From the NCBI GenBank assembly GCA_034530615.2, contig JAVRCV020000036.1:64001-128000 (forward strand): 64,000 nt of DNA. The letters are read 5' to 3'. This document shows positions 44,064 through 53,525 of this stretch, piece by piece. Made by a program: the position numbers and the translations under genes. Under the pieces are notes generated by a model. That model made no database searches, was not told the origin of the DNA, and saw nothing but the letters and a program-made list of their open reading frames with translations. This DNA is from Aulosira sp. ZfuVER01 (GTDB lineage: Bacteria; Cyanobacteriota; Cyanobacteriia; Cyanobacteriales; Nostocaceae). How positions within the stretch are numbered: the stretch's first letter is position 1; each line of letters opens with the position of its first letter.

Positions 44064-44764
44064 TATCTTTCCTGCTAAATTGGCTTAATTCATGGCTCAA
44101 GTGGTAAGCCGTCGGGTCAACTCTTCGTCTGAAAAGAAAATTCGCTCTTCAAATTTCAGGTTGCAAAGCTTAGTAGGAGTTATATCATGTCCAGTTGAAC
44201 ACTTGCCATTGCGACCGAAGGGAAGCTATCCCAAAAACCCTGCGATTGCTACCCGAATCTAGCCTGCGGCAATGGTACAGCAGGTTTACTGCGTCTGAAT
44301 GGTTTGACAGCCTTTGACGACTTCAAGCTCAAGACTGACTACATCATTAAATAAAACAACATTAGTTCAACGTCTGTGGGAACTGATCTCACAGACGCCG
44401 ATTTTTGCATAAAAATCTGTTTTCAGAAATTAGGAGCTTTGAGGCTGTGAAATACCTTAATATGAGGTTATGTTTCCAATCTAAAACGTAAAACGCTGCC
44501 TGCAATACCTGCTGCAAACGGCTTTGCATCTACGCTAAATTTTAGGATTAGATAACTACCAAAGACTACATCATTTCTTAACCTCATCCTTTGGGAAGTA
44601 GAACAGTTAATAACCTTGCGCTTAGAGCTAATTTTACAGGTGCTAAAAGATAGACCAATAATTTAATTATTGATGAAACAGTAGATAAAAATAAAAGGAA
44701 CAAGACAGATTATGTGAAAAGACAGTATTTAGCGAAATTATATCAATTACAAATTACTTTAAAA

Positions 44765-45496
44765 ATGCCTTCTCTCAACGAAGATTTGATCCGCGCGATC
44801 GTTAAAGGTGACACTGCTGCTGTAGAAAGCTTATTAGCCCAAGGGGCAGATGCCAATACTACTGGGGGCGTTACAGCCGTGGGAGCCAGTAATACAGCAT
44901 TGATGTGGGCAGCCACAGAAGGTTATCTAGAAATTGTGGAACTACTCCTGGCGCATAACGCTGATGTGAATGCGAAAAATTCCGCAGATTATACAGCTTT
45001 AATGTTTGCCGCAGAAAGCGATCGCCGAAATATTGTTTCGGTGCTGCTCGATCGCGGTGCTGGGATAGGCGATGCCTTCTGGCAAGACGCTTTGCGTCTA
45101 CGCAATCACTATGGAGAAACTGTATTGATGACAATGGCACGGCGTGGTCAAACAGATATTGTGCAACGTCTAGTAAAGATGGGTGCCGAGGTGAATGCTA
45201 CTAATAAAATCGGTGACACAGCATTGTACTTAGCAACAGATAATGGGCATACCTATACTGTCAAGGCTTTAATTGAATTGGGTGCCCAAGTCAATACTGC
45301 AAACCTTGGTGGTTGGACTCCTCTAATGATGGCAGCAGCACGGGGGGATCTGGAAACTATGGCAATTTTGTTGGAACATGATGCAGACTTCCGCCCTCAG
45401 AATCGCTGGGGTGCTACGGCGTTGAGTGAAGCCCGCAATTCCTTCCGATCTACTCAAGCAGTAAGTTTGTTGATCGAAGCGGGGGCGACGGAGTAA
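44765..45496 (+). CDS. Ankyrin-repeat protein
   Basis: Repeated TALMxAA...G..V..LL..GADVN units; ATG 44765 preferred. Confidence 0.92.
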   Translation: MPSLNEDLIRAIVKGDTAAVESLLAQGADANTTGGVTAVGASNTALMWAATEGYLEIVELLLAHNADVNAKNSADYTALMFAAESDRRNIVSVLLDRGAGIGDAFWQDALRLRNHYGETVLMTMARRGQTDIVQRLVKMGAEVNATNKIGDTALYLATDNGHTYTVKALIELGAQVNTANLGGWTPLMMAAARGDLETMAILLEHDADFRPQNRWGATALSEARNSFRSTQAVSLLIEAGATE

Positions 45497-45502
45497 AGAA
45501 TC

Positions 45503-46180
45503 ATGGATAACAATCGCCTTACCCAACTAGAATCTCAGATCCGATCTGGTGCGATCGACCAGCGCAAAGCTGCTTTGGATGAATTGGCTCAATGTCCTGC
45601 CGATTTAGCCATTCCCATTTTGCAAAGACTTGCAGTTGATCAAGACTTCCTGTGCCGTCGCTTTGCGGTGATGGGCTTGGGCAATCATCCGACAGCAGCA
45701 TCCCTACAAATCCTCAAAGACTTGCTGGAGCAAGAGTCTGATAATAATGTTCTAGCAGAAATTGCTAATTCGTTGTTTGAATTTGGTGATGAGTCTGTGC
45801 CGTTACTCCAAAAGCTGTTTGAGCGCGATCGCCATTGGCTGACTCGGCAGACCATTATTTCAATATTAATGGAAGCGAATCGAGATGACGTGCTGCTGGC
45901 GGTGATTCGCGAAGGGTTGCAAGACGAGACACAAACGGTCAAAGAAACCAGTATTTTAGCACTGGGTAGTTTGCTGAATCGAGAGTTGCACCAACAAGCC
46001 CTAGATTTGCTGGCTGAATTAGCCGAGGCGACTGATTGGCGCGATCGCTGGCGAGCCGCTACTGCTCTAACTCTTTCATCCGACCCCAAAGCCAAGGTGC
46101 TGCTGGCAAAACTGCAACAGGATGAGAACCATTATGTAGTTGCCGCTGCTCTAGAAGCGAGTTTACCTAGAGAACTCTAA
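45503..46180 (+). CDS. HEAT-repeat protein (PBS lyase/NblB-like)
   Basis: Repeated DxDxxxRxxAxxxLG helical units; upstream of cpeC. Confidence 0.8.
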   Translation: MDNNRLTQLESQIRSGAIDQRKAALDELAQCPADLAIPILQRLAVDQDFLCRRFAVMGLGNHPTAASLQILKDLLEQESDNNVLAEIANSLFEFGDESVPLLQKLFERDRHWLTRQTIISILMEANRDDVLLAVIREGLQDETQTVKETSILALGSLLNRELHQQALDLLAELAEATDWRDRWRAATALTLSSDPKAKVLLAKLQQDENHYVVAAALEASLPREL

Positions 46181-46249
46181 CTATAAGAGGCAGGAGAGCA
46201 GGAAGCAGGGGCAGCAAACGAAGCAAGGGAAGATAATGACCCTTGACTA

Positions 46250-46282
46250 TTGCCCAATGCCCAATGCCCCATGACCAATGTC
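46250..46282. repeat. STRR heptamer tandem repeat
   Basis: TGCCCAA TGCCCAA TGCCCCA TGACCAA. Confidence 0.8.
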
Positions 46283-46327
46283 AAATAAATTTTTATTCAG
46301 CACTTTTTCTTAGAGTTTAGAATCGTT

Positions 46328-46345
46328 TGTGCAAACCGAGTGCAA
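46328..46345 (-). promoter_or_regulatory. L-box (RcaC site) in reverse orientation upstream of cpeC
   Basis: The reverse complement reads TTGCACT-CGGT-TTGCACA versus consensus TTGCACA-N4-TTGCACA. Confidence 0.85.
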
Positions 46346-46465
46346 AATCTTCTCATTTCATCAAGATTTACAAATCTTGATGGTCATCGTTACGCGCTCA
46401 TAAGAAAATGATCATAACAAAGCGTATAAAACGCCTAAAAAGCTTGAACACCTAGTAAATCGGAA

Positions 46466-46483
46466 CTTCCATGCTGATGGAAG
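46466..46483 (+). promoter_or_regulatory. cpeC leader stem-loop
   Basis: CTTCCAT-GCTG-ATGGAAG; candidate Cgi-type element. Confidence 0.5.
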
Positions 46484-46600
46484 CTGGCAATTTGGGTTTC
46501 AACAAATCAATCCAGCAATCTGATTGTGGGTGAGCAATCTGAATTTTATTTACATCTTGAAACAATTTTCTTAAATTTTCGTTAACAGGAGATACAATTA

Positions 46601-47461
46601 ATGCCATTTGGACCAGCTTCACGCCTGGGAGTCAGCTTGTTTGATGAAACTCCTCCCGTTGAGTGGGTACCGGGTCGCTCACAAGAAGAAGCAGAAACAA
46701 TCATTAAGGCAGTCTATCGGCAAGTGTTAGGCAATGCCTATGTAATGGAAAGTGAGCGCCTAGCCGTGCCCGAATCCCAGTTTAAGCGGGGTGAATTGAG
46801 CGTCCGCGAGTTTGTCCGAGCAGTGGCTAAATCTGAACTCTATCGTTCTCGCTTTTTCACCAGTTGTGCGCGCTACCGAGCAATCGAACTCAACTTCCGT
46901 CATCTGCTGGGTCGTCCACCGCTGGATTTGGAAGAAATGCGCTTCCACAGTACCATTCTTGATACTCAAGGGTTTGAAGCCGAGATCGATTCTTATATTG
47001 ACAGCGATGAGTATCAGTCCACCTTTGGGGAAAACTTTGTTCCCTATATCCGGGGCTACAAAACAGAAGCCTGTACAAGCATGGTGCAATTTACCCACAC
47101 CTTCCAACTGGTGCGAGGTGCTTCTAGCAGCAGCCTGAAGGGTGACTTGTCTGGTAAGACTCCTAAGCTCAATGCTTTGGTAATTCAAGGCACACCCACA
47201 GCAGTGATTTCACCTGCTAGTGGTGGGGCTACCTTCTCTACACCTCCCATTGGTTCCCGCAGTCGTCATGGAGTGGATGCCAGTGCTAGTGGTAAGGTTT
47301 ACCGCATTGAAGTCACAGGTTATCGCGCCAAAAACTTCAATAATATTTCCAAGTTTCGCCGTTCCAACCAAGTCTTTCTGGTGCCTTATGAGAAGCTCTC
47401 TCAAGAGTATCAGCGGATTCACCAGCAGGGTGGTGTGATTGCCAGTATCACTGCTGTCTAA
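46601..47461 (+). CDS. cpeC: Phycoerythrin rod linker CpeC
   Basis: MPFGPASRLGVSLF N-terminus; PBS linker plus CpcD domain. Confidence 0.95.
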   Translation: MPFGPASRLGVSLFDETPPVEWVPGRSQEEAETIIKAVYRQVLGNAYVMESERLAVPESQFKRGELSVREFVRAVAKSELYRSRFFTSCARYRAIELNFRHLLGRPPLDLEEMRFHSTILDTQGFEAEIDSYIDSDEYQSTFGENFVPYIRGYKTEACTSMVQFTHTFQLVRGASSSSLKGDLSGKTPKLNALVIQGTPTAVISPASGGATFSTPPIGSRSRHGVDASASGKVYRIEVTGYRAKNFNNISKFRRSNQVFLVPYEKLSQEYQRIHQQGGVIASITAV

Positions 47462-47501
47462 ATCAGCGGCAAACTTACAAAAATTGAGGAGATAGATTTT
47501 A

Positions 47502-48251
47502 ATGGCATCCCAGACAATTCTTGAACTTTGGCCGGCTAGTGGCTTAGAAGAAGTTCAAACTATAATCCGTGCAGTTTACAAACAAGTGTTAGGCAACCCT
47601 CATGTGATGGAGAGTGAGCGCTTGGTGACAGCAGAGTCACAATTGTGCGATCGCTCAATCACCGTGCGGGAATTTGTCCGCGCTGTTGCCAAGTCTGATT
47701 TTTATCGCACCCGCTACTTCGAGTCCTGCGCTCCCTACCGTTTTGTAGAACTCAACTTCCTACATTTGCTCGGTCGCGCACCCCAGGATCAAAGAGAAGT
47801 ATCTGAACACATTGTTCGCACTGTAGCCGAGGGCTACGATGCAGAGATTGATTCCTACATCGATAGCAGTGAATATCAAGCAGCCTTTGGCGAAAACGTA
47901 GTGCCCTACTATCGCGGTAGAAGCAGCGAAGCCAACCCCAAGCAAGTGGGTTACAACCGGATATTTGCCCTCGATCGCGGCCCCGCCCAAATTGACAGCG
48001 CAGTCAAAGCTTCTCAATTGGTGTATGCAGTTGCGACCAACAGTGGCAATGCAATTAAAGCCTCTTCGGCAACTGTGGTTGGTTCTGGCACCGAAAAACG
48101 GTTCAAAATCGTGGTCACAGGTTCCAAATTCGACAGCCCTCGCCGTGTCAGTACCACTGAGTACATTGTCCCAGCTAGTAAAATGACCCCGCAAATTCAG
48201 CGGATCAATCGTACTTCTGGCAAAATCGTCAGCATTACTGAAATTGCATAA
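47502..48251 (+). CDS. cpeD: Phycoerythrin rod linker CpeD
   Basis: MASQTILELWP; linker domain; operon position. Confidence 0.92.
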   Translation: MASQTILELWPASGLEEVQTIIRAVYKQVLGNPHVMESERLVTAESQLCDRSITVREFVRAVAKSDFYRTRYFESCAPYRFVELNFLHLLGRAPQDQREVSEHIVRTVAEGYDAEIDSYIDSSEYQAAFGENVVPYYRGRSSEANPKQVGYNRIFALDRGPAQIDSAVKASQLVYAVATNSGNAIKASSATVVGSGTEKRFKIVVTGSKFDSPRRVSTTEYIVPASKMTPQIQRINRTSGKIVSITEIA

Positions 48252-48274
48252 CGATAAATAGTGCTGAGTTCTGA

Positions 48275-48420
48275 GGAGCCACTGCGTTGCGGAGCCAGTT
48301 GCGTGGTCAGGCAGTCCGGTCTTGGGGGTTCCCCCGTTGTACCGCTAAAGTGGAACCCGCAGGATAGCAAGTAGCGTTGCTGAGTACTGGGTTAATAGGG
48401 GTGGGCAATGCCCACCCAAG
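48275..48420. repeat. Nested small dispersed repeats
   Basis: GAGCCACTGCGTTGCGG...GGTCTTGGGGGTTCCCCC...; related to 5123, 50671 and 54290. Confidence 0.6.
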
Positions 48421-48490
48421 ATGATTAAGTTTTTTAATTTTCAATTTTTCACAAAATTCCACAACAATCCTAAATTTAGGAGGCATTGAT

Positions 48491-49249
48491 ATGGCACTTT
48501 GGATAGAAACCGAGTCCGTTGAATTACGCCCCAACGCCACCGAGGACGATCTACAAGCCGTTATCCGAGCAGTGTATCGGCAAGTTCTGGGTAATGCTCA
48601 TGTATTTGAAAACCAACGGCCGACCAATGCAGAGTCTCAATTGCGGAACGGTGACATCACTGTTTCTGGCTTTGTTAGAGCAGTGGCTCAATCCGATCTA
48701 TACCGTTCGCTGTTTTTTGAAACTTCCTCTCCCTACCGTTTTATCGAATTGAACTTTAAGCATTTGCTCGGTCGTGCGCCTCAAGATCAGTCTGAAATCG
48801 CGGAACACGTGCAAATTTATAACACACAGGGATACGCAGCTGAAATCAACTCCTACATTGATAGTGATGAATATATTAGGAGTTTTGGCGAGAATATTGT
48901 GCCCTCTGCCCGTGGTAATCGTACCCAAGCTGGGGTGAAGAATGTCGGTTTTAACCGTTCCTTTGCCTTAATGCGCGGGTTTGCGGCCAACGATCTGGGC
49001 AAATCGGCAAAATTAATTAGTGATATTGGCGCTAACCTAGCGACTAAAATAGTTGCCCCGGCTGGCGGTTCTGGTGCTGTTAGCAATACAGGTAAGCGCT
49101 TCCGTGTTGCTGTCTCCAAAGCCAATTTCGGTCGTCGGGTGACTCAAAGCATGGCAACCTTTGATGTGGGATATAACCAACTAGCCCAGAAAATTCAGAG
49201 TATCCAGAAAACTGGTGGCAAGATTCTTAGTATCACTGAAATAGCTTAG
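48491..49249 (+). CDS. cpeE: Phycoerythrin rod linker CpeE
   Basis: MALWIETESVELRP; linker domain; operon position. Confidence 0.92.
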   Translation: MALWIETESVELRPNATEDDLQAVIRAVYRQVLGNAHVFENQRPTNAESQLRNGDITVSGFVRAVAQSDLYRSLFFETSSPYRFIELNFKHLLGRAPQDQSEIAEHVQIYNTQGYAAEINSYIDSDEYIRSFGENIVPSARGNRTQAGVKNVGFNRSFALMRGFAANDLGKSAKLISDIGANLATKIVAPAGGSGAVSNTGKRFRVAVSKANFGRRVTQSMATFDVGYNQLAQKIQSIQKTGGKILSITEIA

Positions 49250-49460
49250 TGCTGCTGACTGGGAATTTCACAACCAGACTATTGGGGAAAATTGTGGATA
49301 TTCATAAATCCACTACCAAAGCGATCGCCAACCAGTAAACAGTAAGCAAACTTTTACTGGTCAGTTCCAGCCTGCGATTCCTCAACGTAAATGCTTCGGT
49401 TGTCCGCCGATTCACGTTGATGATAAGTTGCTTACAGCATCGAATTTTAAGGTGATTTGT

Positions 49461-49919
49461 ATGGCAACCACAATAATTGATCCTGGCGATTTAAGTGACT
49501 ATAGCAGTCGCCAAGTGACAATTGAAGTGACAGGAGGCTGTCATCGAGAGTTGATGCGGAAGGCAAAATACACAAAGACAATTCCTTATAATTGTCTGTC
49601 TCAGACGATTCAAAGTATTAATCGCCTCGGTGGCAAGATTACCCGCGTCACCTTATCACCTTCCCATACTCAAATCTCAAAAACTGAGTTTGTTCAGCCA
49701 CTATCCCACATAGCCCAAAGCGATGTTCTACCTTCAGCACATCAAGCTGAATCTATACCCGCATCGCCTCAGCCTCAGGAACCGAACAACTCTGACGACA
49801 TCTCTCAGGTAACGAAACCAACTCAAACGCAGCAGGAAAAACCAGCGATGCCTACGGCAACCCTTGCAGGGAATGCAGTTTCCCAGTCAGTAGAGTACAC
49901 CTTTACAGAGGAGTGGTGA
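49461..49919 (+). CDS. CpcD-domain protein with low-complexity tail
   Basis: SRQVTIEVTG...IPYNCLSQTIQSINRLGGKITRV. Confidence 0.75.
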   Translation: MATTIIDPGDLSDYSSRQVTIEVTGGCHRELMRKAKYTKTIPYNCLSQTIQSINRLGGKITRVTLSPSHTQISKTEFVQPLSHIAQSDVLPSAHQAESIPASPQPQEPNNSDDISQVTKPTQTQQEKPAMPTATLAGNAVSQSVEYTFTEEW

Positions 49920-49972
49920 ATTTTTAGATTCCATCCCAAAGCAAATAGCTAGAAACACAAACCAAAGAGTTG

Positions 49973-50503
49973 ATGGATATTACGGAGTTTGTTGCAAATT
50001 CTATCGGGCGTTGGCGATCGCAACGCAGCGCCCATCATTTAGCATTCAGTCACTTTGAAGCTGTACAGTCAGATATCGATATTGTTTCTCTCCCAGATGA
50101 TGACCCGGCAGTGATTGACCTGTGTAAAACCTATAACATTGATCCTCTAACAGTGGTTTCCCCATTTCGGATGAGTTGGGAAGGTCAATCAGACTGGGAT
50201 GATAGTGAAATCAAAGGCAGTTGCGTCCTCGTTCCGATACCCGATCCAACTCATCCCAATCGCGGCAAACTTCTGCGCGATCAAGGCTACGCTGAAACGA
50301 TCGCAGCGGCGGGTGACTATTACTTGACAGAAGACGGCACATTTGTACTGATTACGTCCTACGATCGCGCCGCCGCCGAAGAAAAAATCTGGTTTGTCAA
50401 CCCCAATGTCCGTTGTCGGGTTTCCCTAATCAAAACCAGTGCCGGTTCAGGAGTCGTCACTGCCTCTTTTTCCTCAGAAATCCGCCAGGATATTCAGAAA
50501 TAA
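49973..50503 (+). CDS. cpeS: S-type phycobiliprotein lyase
   Basis: SIGRWRSQRSAHHLAF, LLRDQGYAE, EEKIWF, FSSEIR. Confidence 0.93.
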   Translation: MDITEFVANSIGRWRSQRSAHHLAFSHFEAVQSDIDIVSLPDDDPAVIDLCKTYNIDPLTVVSPFRMSWEGQSDWDDSEIKGSCVLVPIPDPTHPNRGKLLRDQGYAETIAAAGDYYLTEDGTFVLITSYDRAAAEEKIWFVNPNVRCRVSLIKTSAGSGVVTASFSSEIRQDIQK

Positions 50504-50747
50504 ACAAGAGCTGATAATCCAGGACTAGTTATTTCTAGTCATATATATACAACGTCAGAGCGTGCAGTCTAAATATAAATTGCTCGCGTAAGTTTTGCTG
50601 TGTCATTTGTCATCCCTTAATAGACACTTTTGCCATCGGTTAAGGTCATAATTTTTGAATTTTGCGGAAAGTGCGGTCTTGGGAAAAGCCCAAGAAGAGC
50701 AACTTTAAAAGATGAATTTTTTATTGTTTATTCATGCTCATTTACTT

Positions 50748-51368
50748 ATGACTTCACCACCAGATATCTGTGAAACTACATCAAATAATTTAATTACCCT
50801 AGCTCGTTGGATGGCAGGAGATTTCAGCAATTATAAACAGGCATTTGAAAATTCTAAAGATTATGCCCATATTCACGTTTTTTTTCGTCCGTTACCGTTT
50901 GAATTCTTCTCTGGAATTGGGCTTTATTCAGAACAAGTTTATGACTATGATTTGTGGCGACCTTATCGACAGGGAGTGCATCGCTTAGTCGAGCAAGGCG
51001 ATCAGATTTATATCGAAAACTACAGCTTAAAAAAAGCAATTTTCTACGCTGGTGCAGCGCGAGACTTAAATATCCTCAAAACCATCACTCCAGATTGTAT
51101 AGAACGTCGATATCACTGCTCGATGATTTTTAAACGAGAGGGAGACAGATTTAAAGGCAGTGTTGAACCTGGAAACCTCTGCCTCATTGAGAAGAATGGC
51201 TGCCAGACTTATCTAGATAGTTACGTTGAAATTACAGAAACTACCTGGGTAAGCCTAGATAAAGGCATGGATGTCAATACACATCAGCAAGTTTGGGGAT
51301 CTACCTTTGGACCATTGCGGTTTGAAAAACGGGAGAGTTTCGCCCATGAAGTCCCAAACATCCTATAA
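50748..51368 (+). CDS. cpeT: T-type chromophore lyase
   Basis: WMAGDFSNYKQA, YSEQ, PYRQ, DKG.D...QVWGS. Confidence 0.93.
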   Translation: MTSPPDICETTSNNLITLARWMAGDFSNYKQAFENSKDYAHIHVFFRPLPFEFFSGIGLYSEQVYDYDLWRPYRQGVHRLVEQGDQIYIENYSLKKAIFYAGAARDLNILKTITPDCIERRYHCSMIFKREGDRFKGSVEPGNLCLIEKNGCQTYLDSYVEITETTWVSLDKGMDVNTHQQVWGSTFGPLRFEKRESFAHEVPNIL

Positions 51369-51402
51369 TCTTTCCCTGCCTAATCTGGCTATTAAAGCGA
51401 AT

Positions 51403-51708
51403 ATGCTGCCCCCAGAAGCGCAGAAAAAAATGCAGTGCTGGATTCGTAGCAGGCATTTAATTTGTTCAGGTAATTTTTTTGTGTTTGAAACTGTAGATTA
51501 TAGTGCTGTTGAGCGTTTTTCCCAATGTGTTGCAGCCTTAGGAGGCACTGTTATTTCGGTCGATCAAATTGACAAAATTTGGATGGGCGATCATCGTCAA
51601 GTGATTCGCTATCAAGCAAAAGCTAGTTTGCATACACCCTGCCACAATTTGAAACAATATTGGCTGAAATATGGTGGCTTTCGCACCCGATTTGATGCAC
51701 AGGCGTGA
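51403..51708 (+). CDS. cpeR: Phycoerythrin regulator CpeR
   Basis: MLPPEAQKKMQCWIRSRHLICSGNFFVFETVDY. Confidence 0.93.
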   Translation: MLPPEAQKKMQCWIRSRHLICSGNFFVFETVDYSAVERFSQCVAALGGTVISVDQIDKIWMGDHRQVIRYQAKASLHTPCHNLKQYWLKYGGFRTRFDAQA

Positions 51709-51839
51709 AGTAATTCGTATGCGATCGCAGTAAGAATATGGCGATTATTTTCTACCTAATTTGCATTAATTTTCTGTCTCAAATCAATATTTAATAACTC
51801 CCAATATTAGGAATAAAATGGCAGATGAATAATATTTAA

Positions 51840-52250
51840 ATGTACAGTGATTGTATCACCATCATCACAAAACTCATGCTCCAGATCGATCAATCTGCCT
51901 TGAAAGCTAGAAATACATTACTCGCTATGTTTGTGGTGCTTTTGCTCCTAGATGCTACACTAGTGATCATTGCGCGGGATAGATGGGCTATAGGACGTAT
52001 CTTACTAACAATCGTAGTCATGTATTTTGTTCTACAGGGACGGAAATGGGCAAAATGGCTCATGATGAGTATTTGTAGTTTGCTGGCTGTCATTCTAGTA
52101 ACAATGGCGATCGCACTGAGTTCAAAACTCTCCACTGTTCTCATGCTAGGGAGTTTGATTTTGGCAGTTCTCAGCGCCGTCACTACTATCTATATGGCCA
52201 GTAGCAGAGATTTAAATTATTACTTCTCCTGGAAAAGACAAAATGGTTGA
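51840..52250 (+). CDS. Small membrane protein
   Basis: Four hydrophobic segments; GRKWAKW. Confidence 0.7.
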   Translation: MYSDCITIITKLMLQIDQSALKARNTLLAMFVVLLLLDATLVIIARDRWAIGRILLTIVVMYFVLQGRKWAKWLMMSICSLLAVILVTMAIALSSKLSTVLMLGSLILAVLSAVTTIYMASSRDLNYYFSWKRQNG

Positions 52251-52293
52251 CATCGAATTGAGCGTTGAAGTCTAAAATCAACCAGACATGAAA

Positions 52294-52974
52294 TTACGAA
52301 TTACGTTGATTGAGACGATAACCCATACTGTGAACCGTCTCAATCAGGTCTTCTTTTGCTCCTGCTGCTTTGAGTTTTTGGCGCAGACTCCGGATATGAA
52401 CCTTGACTGCATGTTCTTCCGGGGGTGATTCTAATGTCCAGATGTGTTCAATCATGACGCGGCGGCTGAGAACGCGGCGACCATTCCGCAACAGCAGTTC
52501 TAAGATTCCGTACTCTTTTGGTGTCAAATGGATAGGGATTTGCCCATAGCTAACTTCATAAGTGCTGGGATTAAGACGTAAGTCGCCCCATTCGAGGATT
52601 GGTAGTGATGTCGCACACCCTCGTCGCAGTAAAGCGCGAATGCGAGCAAATAATTTTTGTAAATTGAATGGTTTAACTACATAGTCATCTGCTCCCACAT
52701 CCAGCCCATTAATTTCATCGTGGATTGTGTCACAGGCAGTGAGCATGAGGATAGGCAAATTATAATTGTGCGATCGCAAACGATGACAAAGACTTATGCC
52801 ATCCAATTGGGGTAACATCACATCCAGCAACAGCAAATCATAATCTAGGGCTTTGGCTTGATGCCATCCGGCTTCTCCATCATGGACAACATCAACCACA
52901 TAAAGCTGGTCAGTCAGCGCTTCTGCCAAGGCTTCTGCAAGGCACACATCATCTTCAACCAGGAGAATCCTCAT
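52294..52974 (-). CDS. ccaR: OmpR-family response regulator, CcaR-like
   Basis: Matches recalled CcaR motifs (LAEALTDQLY, RALLRRGCAT, PSTYEVSY, LESPPEE..VKVH.RSLRQKLK); adjacent G-box and cpcL. Confidence 0.85.
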   Translation of the reverse strand: MRILLVEDDVCLAEALAEALTDQLYVVDVVHDGEAGWHQAKALDYDLLLLDVMLPQLDGISLCHRLRSHNYNLPILMLTACDTIHDEINGLDVGADDYVVKPFNLQKLFARIRALLRRGCATSLPILEWGDLRLNPSTYEVSYGQIPIHLTPKEYGILELLLRNGRRVLSRRVMIEHIWTLESPPEEHAVKVHIRSLRQKLKAAGAKEDLIETVHSMGYRLNQRNS

Positions 52975-53140
52975 AAAAAACCAGGATAGGTTTGGTAACT
53001 CTGCGTTTTTAGATGAGATTCCCTTCCCAATTTTACGAGAATTTGTTTACCAAATTCCGGTTTATTTAAGCATCACATTTTGCGCCTAATTTTCCCAAAT
53101 AAATATGACGATATATCAATATTTATTGAATTTGCTAATT

Positions 53141-53162
53141 CTTTCCGATTTCTTTACCGTTT
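53141..53162 (+). promoter_or_regulatory. G-box (CcaR site)
   Basis: CTTTCCGATTT-CTTTACCGTTT versus CTTTCCGATTTCTTTACGATTT. Confidence 0.85.
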
Positions 53163-53220
53163 TCTAACCAGTTTCCTTACGGCTGGTATGCGATCATCCA
53201 GTGTCAGAGGCGAATGGTAC

Positions 53221-53320
53221 TAATATCAATTCAAAACTCAAAATTCAAAATTAAGAAATTCAGATGCCATCTCGGTTTTAAAGTTTACATCTGTTACTTG
53301 ATTTTGACGAATTGCTATTA
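53221..53320. mobile_element. MITE-like element
   Basis: TAATATCAATTCAAAACTCAAAATT...AATTGCTATTA. Confidence 0.65.
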
Positions 53321-53525
53321 AGATGAGCCGACGAGAGGATACCAGGGAAAATTCTTTCAAAGATATCTCTACATCAAAGCATCTCGCCACGCCACTTGCT
53401 ACCCTACTTTGAGCCACCCTCTCCTCTGTGCGTCAGTCTTAACTCTTAATTAGTGCCATTCGAGTTTAAGAGGTTTTTTGCGTAAGTCATATTGATTTAC
53501 ATTTAGCTGACTTTGGAGAACCCTG

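Noticed and set aside
51271..51402. N-terminal extension of CpeR
   Set aside because: Overlaps cpeT; the recognisable CpeR sequence starts at ATG 51403.
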